A stretch of DNA of 47,765 nucleotides from a virus (Duplodnaviria; Caudoviricetes), in IMG/VR virus record IMGVR_UViG_3300013122_000001, positions 1-47,765 of that record. One strand, 5' to 3'. The notes under the pieces are model-generated. The model was not told where the DNA came from. It saw only the letters and a program-made list of their open reading frames with translations, and made no database searches. Positions within the stretch are counted from its first letter, which is position 1, and each line of letters begins with the position of its first letter. Position numbers and translations under genes: made by a program. This document shows positions 26,983 to 37,549 of this stretch, one piece after another.

Positions 26983-27594
26983 ATGAACTTAGCAGAAATC
27001 AAAGCTTGGCTTGAAGCCAACAAATCAGATAGTGAAGTATCTGCCTATCTCGGAGAACTTTCAGCGCCTACGGTTGAAGGAGTGGAAGGGTTCTTAGATA
27101 CTGCAGAAGGAAAGAAAATTTTACAACCTCGATTGGATTCCAATTTTACAAAGGGTTTGAATTCTTGGAAGGAAAAGAACCTAGACAAATTGGTCGATGA
27201 AGAGGTAAAGAAACGCAACCCGGATAAAACACCGGAACAATTGGAAATCGAAAAGCTTCGCAAACAGATTGAGGATGCTGAAAAGGCTCGCAATCGTGAA
27301 GCGCTTGTCAATAAAGCCTTGAAGGTAGCGAAGGAAAAGAACCTACCAGATAGCGTTATTGACTTTTTTATTGGGGAAAACGAGGACACAACCCTCGAAA
27401 ACCTTACCAAACTTGAAACAGAGTACACGAAAGCGGTACAAGCTGCAGTCGATGCGAAGTTTAAAAGTGGTGGTCGTGAGATCCCTGGGGGTAATCCTCC
27501 AAAGGATGACAGTCTTGGTGCAAAGTTCGCGCAAGGTGCCAATCAGCAAGCAAAGCCAATTGAATCTAATATCTGGAATACGAAAGGGGAATAA
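26983..27594 (+). CDS. Capsid scaffolding protein (DUF4355)
   Basis: Coiled coil upstream of the capsid genes. Confidence 0.8.
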   Translation: MNLAEIKAWLEANKSDSEVSAYLGELSAPTVEGVEGFLDTAEGKKILQPRLDSNFTKGLNSWKEKNLDKLVDEEVKKRNPDKTPEQLEIEKLRKQIEDAEKARNREALVNKALKVAKEKNLPDSVIDFFIGENEDTTLENLTKLETEYTKAVQAAVDAKFKSGGREIPGGNPPKDDSLGAKFAQGANQQAKPIESNIWNTKGE

Positions 27595-27596
27595 CC

Positions 27597-27908
27597 ATGT
27601 ACGTTAAAAACTATGGGAAAACAGAACAAATTAACTTTTTAGCATCAGCGAAGTTTCAAAACTTTACGGTTCAAGTCAGTGATGCGGGTGTAGCCGCTAA
27701 TGCAGAGGGTCGTAAAATCGTTCCAGCGGGTACAGTATGGCCGGCTAACGATGCAACGGCAGAAGGTATCCTATTCAACGATGTAGACGTAACAGAAGGA
27801 CCACAAGCTGCAGCATTAATGGTAGAAGGCTACGTATTAGAAGCTCGCTTACCTGTTGCGCCAGATGCTACTGCAAAAACTGCAATGACAGAAATTAAAT
27901 TTCGATAG
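27597..27908 (+). CDS. Head decoration protein
   Basis: GRKIVPAGT..GILFNDVDVTEG; precedes capsid gene. Confidence 0.75.
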   Translation: MYVKNYGKTEQINFLASAKFQNFTVQVSDAGVAANAEGRKIVPAGTVWPANDATAEGILFNDVDVTEGPQAAALMVEGYVLEARLPVAPDATAKTAMTEIKFR

Positions 27909-27927
27909 GAAGAAGGAGAGATAAACT

Positions 27928-28950
27928 ATGGCAAACATTTTAGAGCTTTTTAACCAACCGGAAGTATTAAACTACCAATCTAACCGACAATATCCTGCAT
28001 TACTTGGGGAGTCTTTGTTCCCTGAAGTAAAGCGTCAAAGCTTAGAGTTCGAACTAATTAAAGGAGCTGGCAAAATCCCTGTCGTGGCAAGTGTACACGC
28101 ATTTGATACAGAAGCAGAAATCGGCAGCCGCGAAGCATCTCGTCAAGCGCTAAAACTAGCATTAATTAAACGTAAAATGGGAATCAGCGAGAAAGACATC
28201 ATTGCCCTTGAAAACCCTCGAAATGCGGCCGAGCAACAATACTTGATGCAGAATGTCTTTAATGACATTGATGCGCTTGTAGCTGGTGTTCGCGCTCGTG
28301 TGGAAGCAATGCGTATGGAAGCTCTTGCGAACGGTACTGTGACACTTGCGGAGAATGGATTAACTGCAACTCTTAATTATGAAGTTCCTGACGAAAACAA
28401 AGAAGCTCTTGCGGGTGCATCTCGATGGACAGATGAAACATCTGACCCTATTGCCGACCTAGAGCGATGGGCAGATGTGCTGAACGGTTCTGCTACACGT
28501 GCATTGACATCCAAATCGGTACTTAGCACATTGATGCGTCACCCGAAAGTAGTTGCTGCTATCTTTGGTGCTGGCTCTGGTCGTATTCCAACTCGCGCAA
28601 ATCTAAATGCTTTCCTTACTCAACACGACCTACCAGCTATCGCTGTCTATGACCAAAAATACCGTAAGCAAAACGCGGACGGAACCTACACATCTCACCG
28701 TTACTTCCCGAATAACAAGTTTGTTTTATTCGGTGATGGCCCGTTAGGTGAAACTATCTACGGTCCTACGGCTGAAGAAATTCGCTTAACTCGTGACCCG
28801 TCCATTGACACTACGAAAGTAGGAAACGTATTGGCAATGGTGTACGAAGAGAACCTTGACCCGGTATCCACTTGGACAAAAGCGGTAGCAACAGCATTAC
28901 CTTCTTTCCCTGCTGCTGATGAAGTATTCCAAGCTCAACCAATCGCATAA
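27928..28950 (+). CDS. Major capsid protein (Phage_cap_E family)
   Basis: 340 aa; RVEAMRMEALANG, DPIADL, GETIYGPT, ALPSF. Confidence 0.9.
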   Translation: MANILELFNQPEVLNYQSNRQYPALLGESLFPEVKRQSLEFELIKGAGKIPVVASVHAFDTEAEIGSREASRQALKLALIKRKMGISEKDIIALENPRNAAEQQYLMQNVFNDIDALVAGVRARVEAMRMEALANGTVTLAENGLTATLNYEVPDENKEALAGASRWTDETSDPIADLERWADVLNGSATRALTSKSVLSTLMRHPKVVAAIFGAGSGRIPTRANLNAFLTQHDLPAIAVYDQKYRKQNADGTYTSHRYFPNNKFVLFGDGPLGETIYGPTAEEIRLTRDPSIDTTKVGNVLAMVYEENLDPVSTWTKAVATALPSFPAADEVFQAQPIA

Positions 28951-28961
28951 GGAGTGATTCG

Positions 28962-29102
28962 ATGAAAGCGAAAGTAAAAGGAATCCCGGTTCGATACAAC
29001 GGTAAGAAGTATCAGCCGGGCGAAACGGTAGAAGTAGCCGAGAAGTATTTCGATGAAAACCTGTTCGAGAAGGTAGCCGAGAAAAAGCAAGAAAAGAAGT
29101 GA
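28962..29102 (+). CDS. Small head-associated protein (46 aa)
   Basis: VRYNGKKYQPGETVEV; AAGGAG RBS. Confidence 0.65.
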   Translation: MKAKVKGIPVRYNGKKYQPGETVEVAEKYFDENLFEKVAEKKQEKK

Positions 29103-29106
29103 TCCT

Positions 29107-29400
29107 ATGAATCTCATAGATGACGTAAAGACCATTCTTCGAGTAGAGGGCCATGATGATTATTTTTACGTCATGGTTCCTGCTTTAGAGGAATATGTAA
29201 AGGAATATTGTAACAACCCCTTCAATGAGATTCCGGGTCCAGTTAAGATATTCATCGCTAAAGCTTGCGAGTATAATCTGAACAACTCGGGTCTGGAATC
29301 CAGAAAAATGGGGACTGTTTCTTACTCGTATAACATGGATTTTCCGAAACATCTAAAAGACCTTCTTCGGCCGTATAGGAGGATGAAGTTCCATGGATGA
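29107..29400 (+). CDS. Head-tail adaptor (SPP1 gp15-like)
   Basis: YCNNPF..GTVSYSY..LRPYRR; gene position. Confidence 0.8.
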   Translation: MNLIDDVKTILRVEGHDDYFYVMVPALEEYVKEYCNNPFNEIPGPVKIFIAKACEYNLNNSGLESRKMGTVSYSYNMDFPKHLKDLLRPYRRMKFHG

Positions 29401-29710
29401 ATTTCCGCATGAAGTGACTATCCTAACGTATCAAGACCGTTTATCAGACGGGGGCGGAGGGTATCTGCCTGCTGAATGGGTTCCATTTACTACCTTAATG
29501 GGGTTTGTGGACACTCCTTCTTCTCGTGAACGATACCAGGCGCAACAATTGCAGAATCCATTAGACCGAAACCTATACTTCCCTTACCGTACCGACATTA
29601 AGCCGTCCATGAGGGTACTATTCGACAATGATACCTATGAAATCAAAGGGAAACCGATGGATCAGGGTGGAATGAAAGAGATTATGATGGTGCCGTTGGC
29701 GGTGGTTTGA
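29393..29710 (+). CDS. Head closure protein (SPP1 gp16-like)
   Basis: EFPHEVT..DGGGGY..DTPSS..DQGG. Confidence 0.8.
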   Translation: MDEFPHEVTILTYQDRLSDGGGGYLPAEWVPFTTLMGFVDTPSSRERYQAQQLQNPLDRNLYFPYRTDIKPSMRVLFDNDTYEIKGKPMDQGGMKEIMMVPLAVV

Positions 29711-30135
29711 TGGCGAGGAATATTAAGTTTGGGAATAAAAATATGGAGATTGCCTTAGAAAGATACGAAAAACATGTTATCGGGAAAATTAAGTCTATCG
29801 TTGCGGAAACGGCTGGTATTCTGAAATCTCAAGCCACTCTATTAGCACCTGTTGATGAAGGGAACCTAAAACAATCCATTGAGATTCAGTTCCTTAAAGG
29901 CGGGTTAACGGCCATTGTTACGGTTGGGGCGGAGTATGCAGTATACGTTGAATATGGCACTGGCATTTATTCTGAGCATCCAACGATACCTGGAAGAAAA
30001 GAACCATGGGTATACTGGTCTGATAAACTCAAACGATATGTATATACACGCGGTATACATGCTCAGCCTTTCTGGAATCCGAGTCTTGATGTTGCAGCCA
30101 GACACTTCCAAACCGAAATGAGAAAACTGGGGTGA
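29707..30135 (+). CDS. HK97 gp10-like tail completion protein
   Basis: APVDEGNLKQSI..YAVYVEYGTG..AQPFW. Confidence 0.85.
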   Translation: MMARNIKFGNKNMEIALERYEKHVIGKIKSIVAETAGILKSQATLLAPVDEGNLKQSIEIQFLKGGLTAIVTVGAEYAVYVEYGTGIYSEHPTIPGRKEPWVYWSDKLKRYVYTRGIHAQPFWNPSLDVAARHFQTEMRKLG

Positions 30136-30139
30136 TACC

Positions 30140-30565
30140 ATGTCCGCTTTATGGCCTTTACAAGTAGCATTATTCCAACGGTTATCCAATGACCCCAGTG
30201 TTTCGAGTTTGGTGACAGGGGTGTTTGACCATATACCAGAGGAATTGAGGGATGAAAACGGTGAATTAAAGCCAGTAGCATTCCCTTACGTCCGAATAGG
30301 GGAGCCTAGTGTTCTGCCATTCGACACGAAAAATAAGATAGGCGAAGAGATTTCTATCGTCATTCATACATGGAGCCAAGCAAGTGGAAAGAAACAGTCT
30401 TACGACATTCTGGAAGCATGTTTTCGCTCTATCTTCTTACAACCACTCTCCTTGCAGGGTGGTTTTTCAATTAAACGCATAACCCGTCAAACCATTCAAG
30501 TGATTGATGACATTGACGGAAAGACCTACCACGGAGTATTAAGGCTCCAAGCAAACATCCAATAA
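30140..30565 (+). CDS. Tail terminator (DUF3168/SPP1 gp17)
   Basis: LQVALFQRL..GVFD..FPYVRIGE..HGVL. Confidence 0.85.
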   Translation: MSALWPLQVALFQRLSNDPSVSSLVTGVFDHIPEELRDENGELKPVAFPYVRIGEPSVLPFDTKNKIGEEISIVIHTWSQASGKKQSYDILEACFRSIFLQPLSLQGGFSIKRITRQTIQVIDDIDGKTYHGVLRLQANIQ

Positions 30566-30576
30566 GGAGTGATACC

Positions 30577-31098
30577 ATGCAAAACGGTAAAGATACTATT
30601 CTATTAGTTCAAGCAGTAGATGCAGCATTAGGGACAGATGGTTTTGTTATCGGACATTTAACTGAAAACAGTTACTCAATCGAAAACGAAATCGTAGACG
30701 AACAAACGAAGTTCGGGCGCATTGTTGCTTACGGTAACAACAGTGAATCTTTTGAGTTCACGGCCTATGGCGAAAAAGGAGATCCCGGCCAAAAGGCGGT
30801 CCTTGATGCCATCAAGAATAAAAAGCAGTTGAAGGTTTGGGAGGTGGACTTGAACCAAAACGAAAACTTGATGCACGATGCAGTATTTGCATTTTGCGTA
30901 GTGGAGAGTGTAGAGAAGTCCAGTCCGGGTGAAGGATTCCAAGAGGTTTCCGCGACAGTACAGGTTATCGGTTCCTCACAAGAAGGGGAAATCGACCCAC
31001 TACCACCTGAAGTAATCGCATTTGCTCAATATGCATTTGAAGCACCTGGAACTACAACAGGCGAATTCCCTGATAATGAACCTGCACCGACACCATAA
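30577..31098 (+). CDS. Major tail protein (TP901-1/SPP1 gp17.1-like)
   Basis: GKDTILLVQ..DEQTKFGR..VWEV; gene position. Confidence 0.85.
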   Translation: MQNGKDTILLVQAVDAALGTDGFVIGHLTENSYSIENEIVDEQTKFGRIVAYGNNSESFEFTAYGEKGDPGQKAVLDAIKNKKQLKVWEVDLNQNENLMHDAVFAFCVVESVEKSSPGEGFQEVSATVQVIGSSQEGEIDPLPPEVIAFAQYAFEAPGTTTGEFPDNEPAPTP

Positions 31099-31151
31099 GA
31101 GGGCGAGTTTTTCTCGCTCTTTTTTACTTATAAATTAGGAGGAATATCATA

Positions 31152-31604
31152 ATGGCACTTTTAGAAATCAAAGGTAAATCATACGAAGCGAAATGTACAT
31201 TTAAGTTTGACCGATTAGCGGATAAGAAATATTCCGAAGAGGATAAAGATGGTAACTCCATGGGTGGATTTATGTCCCTATACATGAACCTGCTGCAATA
31301 CTCTCACAAACATCTATTAGCATTCTGGGATTGCGCCTTAGAATATCTCGGAAAAGAAAAACCTTCAATGGCAGAAATTGAAGAAGCACTGGAAGCGCGT
31401 ATTGAGGAAGATGATGACACAGAAAAGTTGTTCCAAGAAGCTTTCAATGCGGTGGACCAATCGGGTTTTTTCAAGAAACAAGCCAAGAACTTCTGGAAAG
31501 ACTTCGAGACAGTAAAAGAACAAGGGAAAACGGACGAAGAGAAAGCGGACAATCTGAAAATGTACAACATGATGATCGCTCGCCGAAACGAGCTGAAGGC
31601 ATAG
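31152..31604 (+). CDS. Tail assembly chaperone G
   Basis: Between major tail and tape measure genes; SGFF slippery site. Confidence 0.8.
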   Translation: MALLEIKGKSYEAKCTFKFDRLADKKYSEEDKDGNSMGGFMSLYMNLLQYSHKHLLAFWDCALEYLGKEKPSMAEIEEALEARIEEDDDTEKLFQEAFNAVDQSGFFKKQAKNFWKDFETVKEQGKTDEEKADNLKMYNMMIARRNELKA

Positions 31605-31966
31605 ATTATGACGAAATGTTGGTTAACTCTTCCCATTATCTCGAAGTCTACGATACGGATTTAATCTATTCGTGGACTCCCAGAGAGTATAAGAACTTTG
31701 TGAAGGGCGCTCAACATCGTGAGATAGATAGATATGAACAAATGGCAAAAGGGGCCATGATGAATCGTTATGCGAATAATGCTAAATCCGTGAAAGAGAA
31801 GAAAATGTTTGATGCGGATAAGGCGCGTAAAAGGCTTAATTCTGATTCGAAAGAATGGAAAGATAGCAAGGATAGCGTAATGGATTTAACTCGCTACAAG
31901 AAGGCGAGAGAAGCCTTAAACAACTATAAGCCGACATTCAAATCGAAAGGGGGCAAACGCAAATGA
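31463..31966 (+). CDS. Tail assembly chaperone GT extension via -1 frameshift
   Basis: G GGT TTT heptamer at 31463-31469; -1 frame open to 31966. Confidence 0.7.
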   Translation, partial: GFFQETSQELLERLRDSKRTRENGRRESGQSENVQHDDRSPKRAEGIDYDEMLVNSSHYLEVYDTDLIYSWTPREYKNFVKGAQHREIDRYEQMAKGAMMNRYANNAKSVKEKKMFDADKARKRLNSDSKEWKDSKDSVMDLTRYKKAREALNNYKPTFKSKGGKRK

Positions 31967-34758
31967 GAGAAAACTTCTCGGCAGTCATAGGTGCTAAGAT
32001 TTCAGAATTCCGTAAAAAGATGGCGCAAGTGGATCGTATCGTGAAAAGAACGGCGATGGAGACGGTTAAACCTATTGGTGCGAATATTAATCGTTTTAGA
32101 AAGCAAATGGCGAAAGTGGAAGCGACCAATAAACTTCTGTTAAAACGTTCTGATAAGACGATTGGCGCGGACATCCGTGAATTCATGCGTAAAGCGTCAC
32201 TTGTGGCTGCTGCTACCAGAGCATTAAACAAGCGAGTGATTATTGATATAGACGCGAGAGTGAACAATTTTCAACGTGTCATCGGCAAAATTGCTAACAC
32301 GATTAGATCCGTGGATACAGTCCTATTAAATGGTATCGGTGGTTCCCTTGTTGCAATGATCCCGGCATTAGTTCCGATGATAGCCGGATTAACTGGAGTT
32401 ATCGCGATGCTCGGAAACATGATAGGAGTAGTGAGTGGTTCAACATTCGCCTTAGTAAGCGCGCTATTTTTTGCCGGAACTGCAGCAGCTGCGTTTGGGG
32501 CTATTGCTATTCCTACTATCATGAATGTATTTGGCGAAACAGAGAAGCTTACAAAAGCACAAGCGGCCGCCAGAGCTGAATTCGATAAATTTACTGATAC
32601 GTACAAAGACATCGTGAAATCATTAGAACAACCCGTGTTAGATGCATTCTCAAAGGCCATGAAAATTGCTACTCGCCTACTGGAAATGTCCAGACCTTTA
32701 TTCGAAGCATCCGCAACCGCCATGAACAACCTCTTAGACGCGTTTAATCGCACCTTAGATAGTAAGCCTATGATTGCATTTTTCGATTACATGAATAAAG
32801 CAGCAGGACCTTTGTTTGAGCAAGTGATGAAAGGTATCGGTTGGATGGTGCAAGGGTTACTGAATATGTTTGTCGCATTCGGTCCACTTGCTGAAGCAAC
32901 GGCAAAAGGCTTTACCGATATGAATAAACGCTTTGCGGATTGGGCGGGGAATCTTGGAAGCAACAAAGGGTTTCAAGCGTTTGTAGATTACGTCCAGGAG
33001 AATATGCCAAAAGTCCGCGCTATCTTCCGAGATATGATAAGTGGAACAATCCGGTTGTTTGCTGCATTCAGTGGTCAGTCAGGGGAAATGATTGACGGTT
33101 TCGCTGATATGATGGCTCGCTATAAGGATTGGGCTTCGAACTTGGGTAACAACAAACAATTCCAAACATTTTTAGACTACATCCGAAAAACGGGGCCTGG
33201 AGTATTAAAATTCCTTGGTAATTTCATTAAATTTATCGTCAATATCGGGATTGGTATGGCTCCTTTGGGTGCTTGGTTGATTAAAATAGCCAACAACTTC
33301 TTTGAATGGGCTAATAGCATGATGAAAGCGAATCCGATTATTGGAATGATTTTCGCTGCTATCGTTTCCTTGACGGGTGTATTTATCGCATTAGTTCCGT
33401 TTTTAGTAGCCATGAGAGTGTTGTTTGCCGGATTTGGCAAAGCACTAATGGGATTTGCTAAAGGAGCATTAAGTAATTTAGCTAAAGCTTTTAAGTTCTT
33501 AATGGGACCAATCAGAACCGTGGCTTTATCCCTTATGATACTTGGGAAAGGCGCTTTAGTTGCAGTAATTGTACCGATTCTTGCAGTTATAGCAGTAATC
33601 GCATTGTTGGTCGCCGTTTTCGTCCGATTGTGGAAAGAGAACGAAGCATTTAGAGAAGGTGTCCTTGCGGTATGGGAAGCGATTAAAACCGCGATTACTA
33701 TTGCAATTGACTATATAGTTCAGTGGATCACTACGGTATGGGGTGCACTCACTACATGGTGGGATGAAAACAATCAAACATTCTATGCTGTAGCTCAAAA
33801 AGTTTGGGATACGGTCTATACCGTTATTACAGAGGTCTTGTATTTAATTTGGGACATCTTTGTTCAGATTACCAATAGCATTATGGATTTATGGGCGGAA
33901 CACGGAGACTTAATCACGGCCATCATCAAGGGTGCATGGGACATCATATCCGAAATCATAGGCAACACCATCACTTTGGTATGGAACCTGATTAAAGCGG
34001 GATTAAAATTTATCCTCGGCTTATTCCAGTCGGTTTGGCCTATCATTTCAGGAGTCGTTCAAATTGCTTGGGCGCTCATTAAATCAATCATCAAAATTGG
34101 AATCGACTTTATCGCCGGCATCATAGATTTCTTCTTAAATGTATTCCAAGGAGATTGGGACGGAGCTTTTGCTGCAGTCTTAGAAACCACTATCAAGATA
34201 TGGAACACCATTGTTGATACCTTCGAGGGAATTGATTTATGGCAGATTGGTAAAGACATTGTACAAGGTTTAATCAACGGAATAACAAACATGGCTGGAG
34301 CGGTTTGGGATTCGGTTAAATCACTTGCAAACAGTATTCCGAGTGGAATCAAGTCCTTGCTTGGTATTCATTCTCCTTCAAGGGTGATGGAAGGTATTTC
34401 GAAGTGGATCCCAGCTGGAGTGGCGAGTGGTATCAATGGAAATCTAAATACCATTAAATCAGCAATGTCAAAAGTGAAGGATGCAACGATGTTCGAACCA
34501 GAACAAACAAACCTTTCTTTTGGTAATGCAATCGACCAAGGAATCCAATCTATCAAACATGAGCTAGAAGTAACTTTAAATAGATTAAGTGGTGATACTC
34601 CTGTTGCAGCTGGGGGAACCACTAACACTTACAACAATGAAAGAATGCTAGAAGGCGCTATCTTCCAAGTGAGAGAAGAAGCAGACATTGAGAAAGTAGC
34701 TAAAAAGCTTGGCGATCACATGAAACATCAAGCGAAGTCGAGGGGAGCGGGACGATGA
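31963..34758 (+). CDS. Tape measure protein
   Basis: 931 aa helical protein with W/F periodic repeats and LGIHSPSRV. Confidence 0.92.
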   Translation: MRENFSAVIGAKISEFRKKMAQVDRIVKRTAMETVKPIGANINRFRKQMAKVEATNKLLLKRSDKTIGADIREFMRKASLVAAATRALNKRVIIDIDARVNNFQRVIGKIANTIRSVDTVLLNGIGGSLVAMIPALVPMIAGLTGVIAMLGNMIGVVSGSTFALVSALFFAGTAAAAFGAIAIPTIMNVFGETEKLTKAQAAARAEFDKFTDTYKDIVKSLEQPVLDAFSKAMKIATRLLEMSRPLFEASATAMNNLLDAFNRTLDSKPMIAFFDYMNKAAGPLFEQVMKGIGWMVQGLLNMFVAFGPLAEATAKGFTDMNKRFADWAGNLGSNKGFQAFVDYVQENMPKVRAIFRDMISGTIRLFAAFSGQSGEMIDGFADMMARYKDWASNLGNNKQFQTFLDYIRKTGPGVLKFLGNFIKFIVNIGIGMAPLGAWLIKIANNFFEWANSMMKANPIIGMIFAAIVSLTGVFIALVPFLVAMRVLFAGFGKALMGFAKGALSNLAKAFKFLMGPIRTVALSLMILGKGALVAVIVPILAVIAVIALLVAVFVRLWKENEAFREGVLAVWEAIKTAITIAIDYIVQWITTVWGALTTWWDENNQTFYAVAQKVWDTVYTVITEVLYLIWDIFVQITNSIMDLWAEHGDLITAIIKGAWDIISEIIGNTITLVWNLIKAGLKFILGLFQSVWPIISGVVQIAWALIKSIIKIGIDFIAGIIDFFLNVFQGDWDGAFAAVLETTIKIWNTIVDTFEGIDLWQIGKDIVQGLINGITNMAGAVWDSVKSLANSIPSGIKSLLGIHSPSRVMEGISKWIPAGVASGINGNLNTIKSAMSKVKDATMFEPEQTNLSFGNAIDQGIQSIKHELEVTLNRLSGDTPVAAGGTTNTYNNERMLEGAIFQVREEADIEKVAKKLGDHMKHQAKSRGAGR

Positions 34759-35606
34759 CGGACTATCTAGGAGATAAATCATTCGAGGAATTGGGAATAG
34801 TGATGTTGCAAAGTTATCAGCACCCGGTCCCTAGCACTCGTGATATGACATTAACCATACCAGGTAGACACGGTACTTACGATTTTGGGGCGACCCTTGA
34901 TAGTAGGTACTTTGATTTACCTGTCGCTTTGATAGAAAATGACAGCGCTTCTGTACAAAAAGGAATAAGAGTTCTAACAACTCACTTATTCGATTCAAAG
35001 GGAAAGCCTAAAATCATGAAACTTATTTTCGATGAAGAACCGGAAAAACACTATTGGGTGCGGTATGGTGGATCCATGCCAATACAAAGAATTGTTGGAG
35101 TGGGAATATTCAGTCTGCCTTTAATCGCATTCGACCCTTTCGCATACGCAGAACAATCCTTTACTCCAAGTTACGTAGACACGAATTTACGTTATGACAC
35201 AGGACAAACGTATGAACCCCAACCCAATGCGTTGCAGTATGGAGAAATGAAAGAATTCTTTTATGAAAATGTACAAGAGTTCGAGTGGAAGTATTCTCGG
35301 CATTATAGTTTCTTGCACAATCATTCAGACTATGAGTCCTCTTTGATAATAGAAGTAGAAGGGACAGTAATAAACCCGAGAATAACGAACCTGACAACGG
35401 GGAAAAAGATATTTTTACCTTCTATAAGTAATAAATTGTTGCAAATGGATAGTGGGAAATTTTTGGTGAAGGTGGAAGGTATTTCTAATTTTACTGATTA
35501 TAGAGGGGATTTTCTTGTTCTTGCACCCGGAACGAACGACCTAGTATTTGAAGGTGGATTACCAGACGCGGTTGTTCGTTATAATTGGCAACATAAATTT
35601 TTGTAG
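34755..35606 (+). CDS. Distal tail protein (Dit)
   Basis: IPGRHG..LIFDEEPEKHY..AFDPFAY..LAPGTN. Confidence 0.85.
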   Translation: MTDYLGDKSFEELGIVMLQSYQHPVPSTRDMTLTIPGRHGTYDFGATLDSRYFDLPVALIENDSASVQKGIRVLTTHLFDSKGKPKIMKLIFDEEPEKHYWVRYGGSMPIQRIVGVGIFSLPLIAFDPFAYAEQSFTPSYVDTNLRYDTGQTYEPQPNALQYGEMKEFFYENVQEFEWKYSRHYSFLHNHSDYESSLIIEVEGTVINPRITNLTTGKKIFLPSISNKLLQMDSGKFLVKVEGISNFTDYRGDFLVLAPGTNDLVFEGGLPDAVVRYNWQHKFL

Positions 35607-35611
35607 AAAGG

Positions 35612-37549
35612 GTGAATGTGATGGTAATAAAGTTAAAAACGACTGACTCATGGGACACGTTCCGATATACACTCCCTTCAGATACTGGGGCTCCCATTGA
35701 CTTAACTGGCGCAAGTGTTTCATTCGTTATGGCGAAATCGAACAAATTAGCACCAGTCATTAACAAGCCCGCAGAAATTATAGATGCAGCAATCGGAAAG
35801 GTTCAATATAAATTTGAAGGGTCAGATACACTCTTGCATGGTGATTTTCTAGCGGAATTTCATGTTGTATTTCCAAATGAGGATAGAAAAACTTTTCCTA
35901 CCTCGACATATTTGAAAGTACAAATAGCGCCGAACCTAGACATCTCCTTACCTGGATCCATCGAAGAAAACATCATCATCCAAGTATCGGAGATTGAGCA
36001 ATTTAAAACGGAAATTACTGCTGAGGTTGAAAAGGTTAATAATTTCCAATCCCAAATTGACCAGATGACGATTGAGGGTGATTCGAGCGTTGAAGCAGCA
36101 CAGGCGCGGGTGAAAGCGGATGGTAGTTCGTTCACTACTTTGCGTGATAGGCTGAATAATGCTGATGAACATTTGGCACAAACTGCGACGGACTTAGATC
36201 AGAGAGGATTGAATGTAAAATTATTCGGAGCAGTAGGTGACGGTTTTAGTCACCCTTTGAGTAATTACTATTCCACCTTAACTGAAGCTCGAATAATTTA
36301 CCCAAAGGCAACTGCGTTAACAGATGAAATAGACACTTGTGCAATACAGAAAGCAATTGATAGTGGTAGAAAAGTTTATATACCCGAAGGAACATATCTA
36401 ATATCAAACACGATAAATATTTCTCGTGAGGGTGTATATATAAGTGGAGCTGGTTTAAAAAGCACCAGGCTAACATATAAAGGAACTCAGTTAGACTTTT
36501 CAATCTTTTATTTGTCTTCCTCCTCTTTTGCAACAATAGAGAAACTAAATACTCACAACCCTGCAAATAAAGGAATTGGAATCAGAGTTAAAAGCGGCAC
36601 AGGTAACTTAGTAACCAGAGATTTTGGAGCCTATTTCTTAGACGTAGGAATTTACTATGAAGAAAACACATTTCTGCATTATATTGAGAATTGTCATTTT
36701 TACGGTTGTAGCTTTGGAGTTAAATCGGTTTGGAATTTCAACGCAATTACTTTTATTCGCACATCTTTTGGGTCGTGCGACGTTGGATTGGAAGTCGGTG
36801 AAGGAAGAACTGTTTCAATAGAAAGTTGTCATTTTGAAGAGAACAGAATAGGATTGAAGAAAATTAACGGAGGTAATATATCCGTTTCTAAATCTTACTT
36901 TGAAGCTAATTCTGACAACTCTATACAGATCGTTTGGGGAACTGAAAGTCCTGAAATAGTTACCATTGATTCTTGTGATTTTTATCGAACGACTTCCACA
37001 GGTGCAGAAATTAGTTATCATTTAGCTGAGAACAGGTTTGTTAATATTCAAAACTGTTTGTTTAAAGCTGGCGTGCCTGCATATGCTGTAACACAATATC
37101 AATACACTTTAGCTAAATTCACATGGTTAAACAATACATTGGTTAATAGTGAAATCATGCAAGATAAACCATCTCTTGAAAGATTGTTAAAAAATACAGA
37201 TCAAAGATCAATTTATTCTAATCATAATGGGATATATAAACTAATAACCGAGGACAATATTAATTTAAAAAATTATATTGCAAAAGGTGAAACTTGTTTA
37301 AGATTTGTCCTAAGTAGCACAAGTAAAGTGATTACTCTCCCTAGAATATCATCATTGGTCGATGCTCCAGCCGTCTCATTTTTCTTTCAGGGTGCTACGG
37401 ATACAGTTACCGTATCATTCGCAAATGAGGATGCGAACACATGGATGAATGGGGTAAGGACATTAACAACAGCAGACAATAATAAAGAATTTAAAATTGT
37501 ATGTTTACGAGCAACTGCTGCACAAACAGAATATAGACTTCTTTCATAA
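35612..37549 (+). CDS. Tail spike 1: BppU-like N-terminus + beta-helix (pectate-lyase-like) receptor-binding/depolymerase domain
   Basis: IDLTGASVSF..GKVQY..AEFHV..TFP; NVKLFGAVGDG..IQKAID..VYIPEGTY. Confidence 0.8.
   Translation: MNVMVIKLKTTDSWDTFRYTLPSDTGAPIDLTGASVSFVMAKSNKLAPVINKPAEIIDAAIGKVQYKFEGSDTLLHGDFLAEFHVVFPNEDRKTFPTSTYLKVQIAPNLDISLPGSIEENIIIQVSEIEQFKTEITAEVEKVNNFQSQIDQMTIEGDSSVEAAQARVKADGSSFTTLRDRLNNADEHLAQTATDLDQRGLNVKLFGAVGDGFSHPLSNYYSTLTEARIIYPKATALTDEIDTCAIQKAIDSGRKVYIPEGTYLISNTINISREGVYISGAGLKSTRLTYKGTQLDFSIFYLSSSSFATIEKLNTHNPANKGIGIRVKSGTGNLVTRDFGAYFLDVGIYYEENTFLHYIENCHFYGCSFGVKSVWNFNAITFIRTSFGSCDVGLEVGEGRTVSIESCHFEENRIGLKKINGGNISVSKSYFEANSDNSIQIVWGTESPEIVTIDSCDFYRTTSTGAEISYHLAENRFVNIQNCLFKAGVPAYAVTQYQYTLAKFTWLNNTLVNSEIMQDKPSLERLLKNTDQRSIYSNHNGIYKLITEDNINLKNYIAKGETCLRFVLSSTSKVITLPRISSLVDAPAVSFFFQGATDTVTVSFANEDANTWMNGVRTLTTADNNKEFKIVCLRATAAQTEYRLLS

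Noticed and set aside
31080-31130. SPP1-type +1 frameshift extension of the major tail protein
   Set aside because: The gene ends CCA TAA, followed by a terminator-like hairpin and then the chaperone gene; no extension ORF
27045-34628. Long minus-strand ORFs in the track (e.g. 27045-27542, 32271-32753)
   Set aside because: Antisense shadows of well-supported structural genes with no recognisable motifs
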